Source: Azolla caroliniana (taxonomy: Eukaryota; Plantae; Polypodiophyta). From it: a stretch of 64,000 bases of DNA. Made by a program: the position numbers and the translations under genes. The first letter of the stretch is position 1. Each line of letters begins with the position of its first letter. Location: positions 1-64,000 of the forward strand of contig JBHGNT010000146.1 of the NCBI GenBank assembly GCA_043228905.1. Direction: 5' to 3'. Shown here piece by piece: positions 62,593-64,000 of this stretch. The notes under the pieces were generated by a model. That model saw only the letters and a program-made list of their open reading frames with translations, was not told the origin of the DNA and searched no databases.

Positions 62593-64000
62593 AGGACAAA
62601 ACTGTCTCTTCTCATATGTACATATATATATATGTATATATATATCTTCATATTATTGGTGGTGGTAATAGGTATGTGTATGTAGTAAGTTAAGTATACA
62701 TATGTATATACAAGTGTGATAATGTAATGTTGTAGTACAGTGTGTTTACCTTGGTTTGATATGTTGTATGTAATCTTGTTGGTGTTTGATGATTATGATG
62801 ATGATGAATGATGAATGATGAAGTGATTTATGTATGGCCCATGGGGGTCTATCTATCTATACACACACCATGTCATGGCATGCATTGCATGCATGCATGT
62901 ACTGTCTCATGAGACCATCATGACCTCTCTGTTGTTTGTGAAGAGTTTCTCTCTTTATCATCACACATACATATATCATCTTATGACATGCCGCCCCCCC
63001 CCAAGAGTTAACCATAATGCTTCTGTCATCCCCGCATTTGTGGCTTCAGATGCACCCATCATTTTGTTTAGAGTCTCTGCATTCATGCTCATTCAGGAAG
63101 CTATTCAGAGCATTATGTAACTTTACATGTGGAGTTTTTTGTCGCAGCCTCGCCTTTTATATGATTAGATTGTGAACCTATCGCCCTTCATGGCACTATA
63201 TGGTGCCTTGGTTGACTATTGTGTGAGGTTGGTCGACTTATGCAAAATATGTATATGGATATTGTTAGTAGGAACAAGCATAGTATATTGTTCAATCATT
63301 AACAAGTTACACAGAGAATGAGAGTGAAAGATTGTTCCATTGTTTAACAAGAGAAAGACTGTATTATTCAAATCCCACCGAACCGTCTTTTACAGAGAGG
63401 AGTTCATCTTATTGATACATTGGGTAACTAAGCCCTAACTATCAAAGGATGTTCACACTAATGACAAATGGGTAGAGTAGGACTTTTAGTCCAACAACTA
63501 ATGTCACTTGTAGAAACTCGTATATTTTTAACAATGCAATGCACCTTTCTCGCTCCACATTTACAAAAGACTTGGCCTTACAACTACATCGCATGCCTTC
63601 CTTCGCTGATAGAAGCTCCTTCATAAAACCTTGTGATCTTATCCCCTCACTATCTCACACAGAGAAGCCCGTATGTACCTTACCCCCATACCACATTCCA
63701 CATGCATAAGCTCCTAATCTCATTGCATACATGTGTGTTGAATTTTCTCATAACGTTGCACATATTAGCACACTGCCCCCCACATACAGAAGCTCGCAAC
63801 ATTGAACACCGTAGCCCCTTGCCCCTCACCTTTCGTGATTCCTTGCATAATGTTGCCTCATTGTTATGCATAGTGTGGCTCAAAAACAACTTCTAACATT
63901 GAACATTGATTGAAAACACAAGGCTCTTCCCTCATGAAAGAAATGACTAAACTCTTTCATCCTTGGTATTGGAGGATGCATGTCTAAGGCATATATTCAC

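Noticed and set aside
63150-64000. Possible retroelement remnant on the minus strand
   Set aside because: Only vague pol-like fragments and no diagnostic motif that I can verify.

Overview
AT-rich, intron-rich, transposon-dense eukaryotic nuclear DNA from a land plant. The evidence is a plant BRIZ/BRAP2 gene, an arabinogalactan peptide and plant Ty1/copia lineages; a seed-free plant such as a fern is my inference. The main result is a 24-exon gene on the + strand (6657-38241, about 1762 aa). I assembled it by hand with GT-AG junctions and consistent phases throughout. It encodes a complete four-domain (4x6TM) voltage-gated Ca2+/Na+-type channel with an all-acidic E-D-D-D selectivity filter, charge-depleted S4 helices, an EF-hand-like C-terminus and an IQ motif. 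This channel class is textbook-absent from angiosperms. Also present: a 12-exon BRIZ2-like RING/ZnF-UBP E3 ligase (43194-51234), an intact and very young Tnt1-like copia element (51802-57268), a GPI-type AG-peptide gene (60150-60344, -), a decayed tandem Bianca-type copia just upstream of the channel, many intronic LINE 3' ends, gypsy/copia remnants, MITEs, a tRNA-like SINE, tandem repeats and microsatellites. Exon structures are manual predictions without transcript evidence, and no database searches were run.
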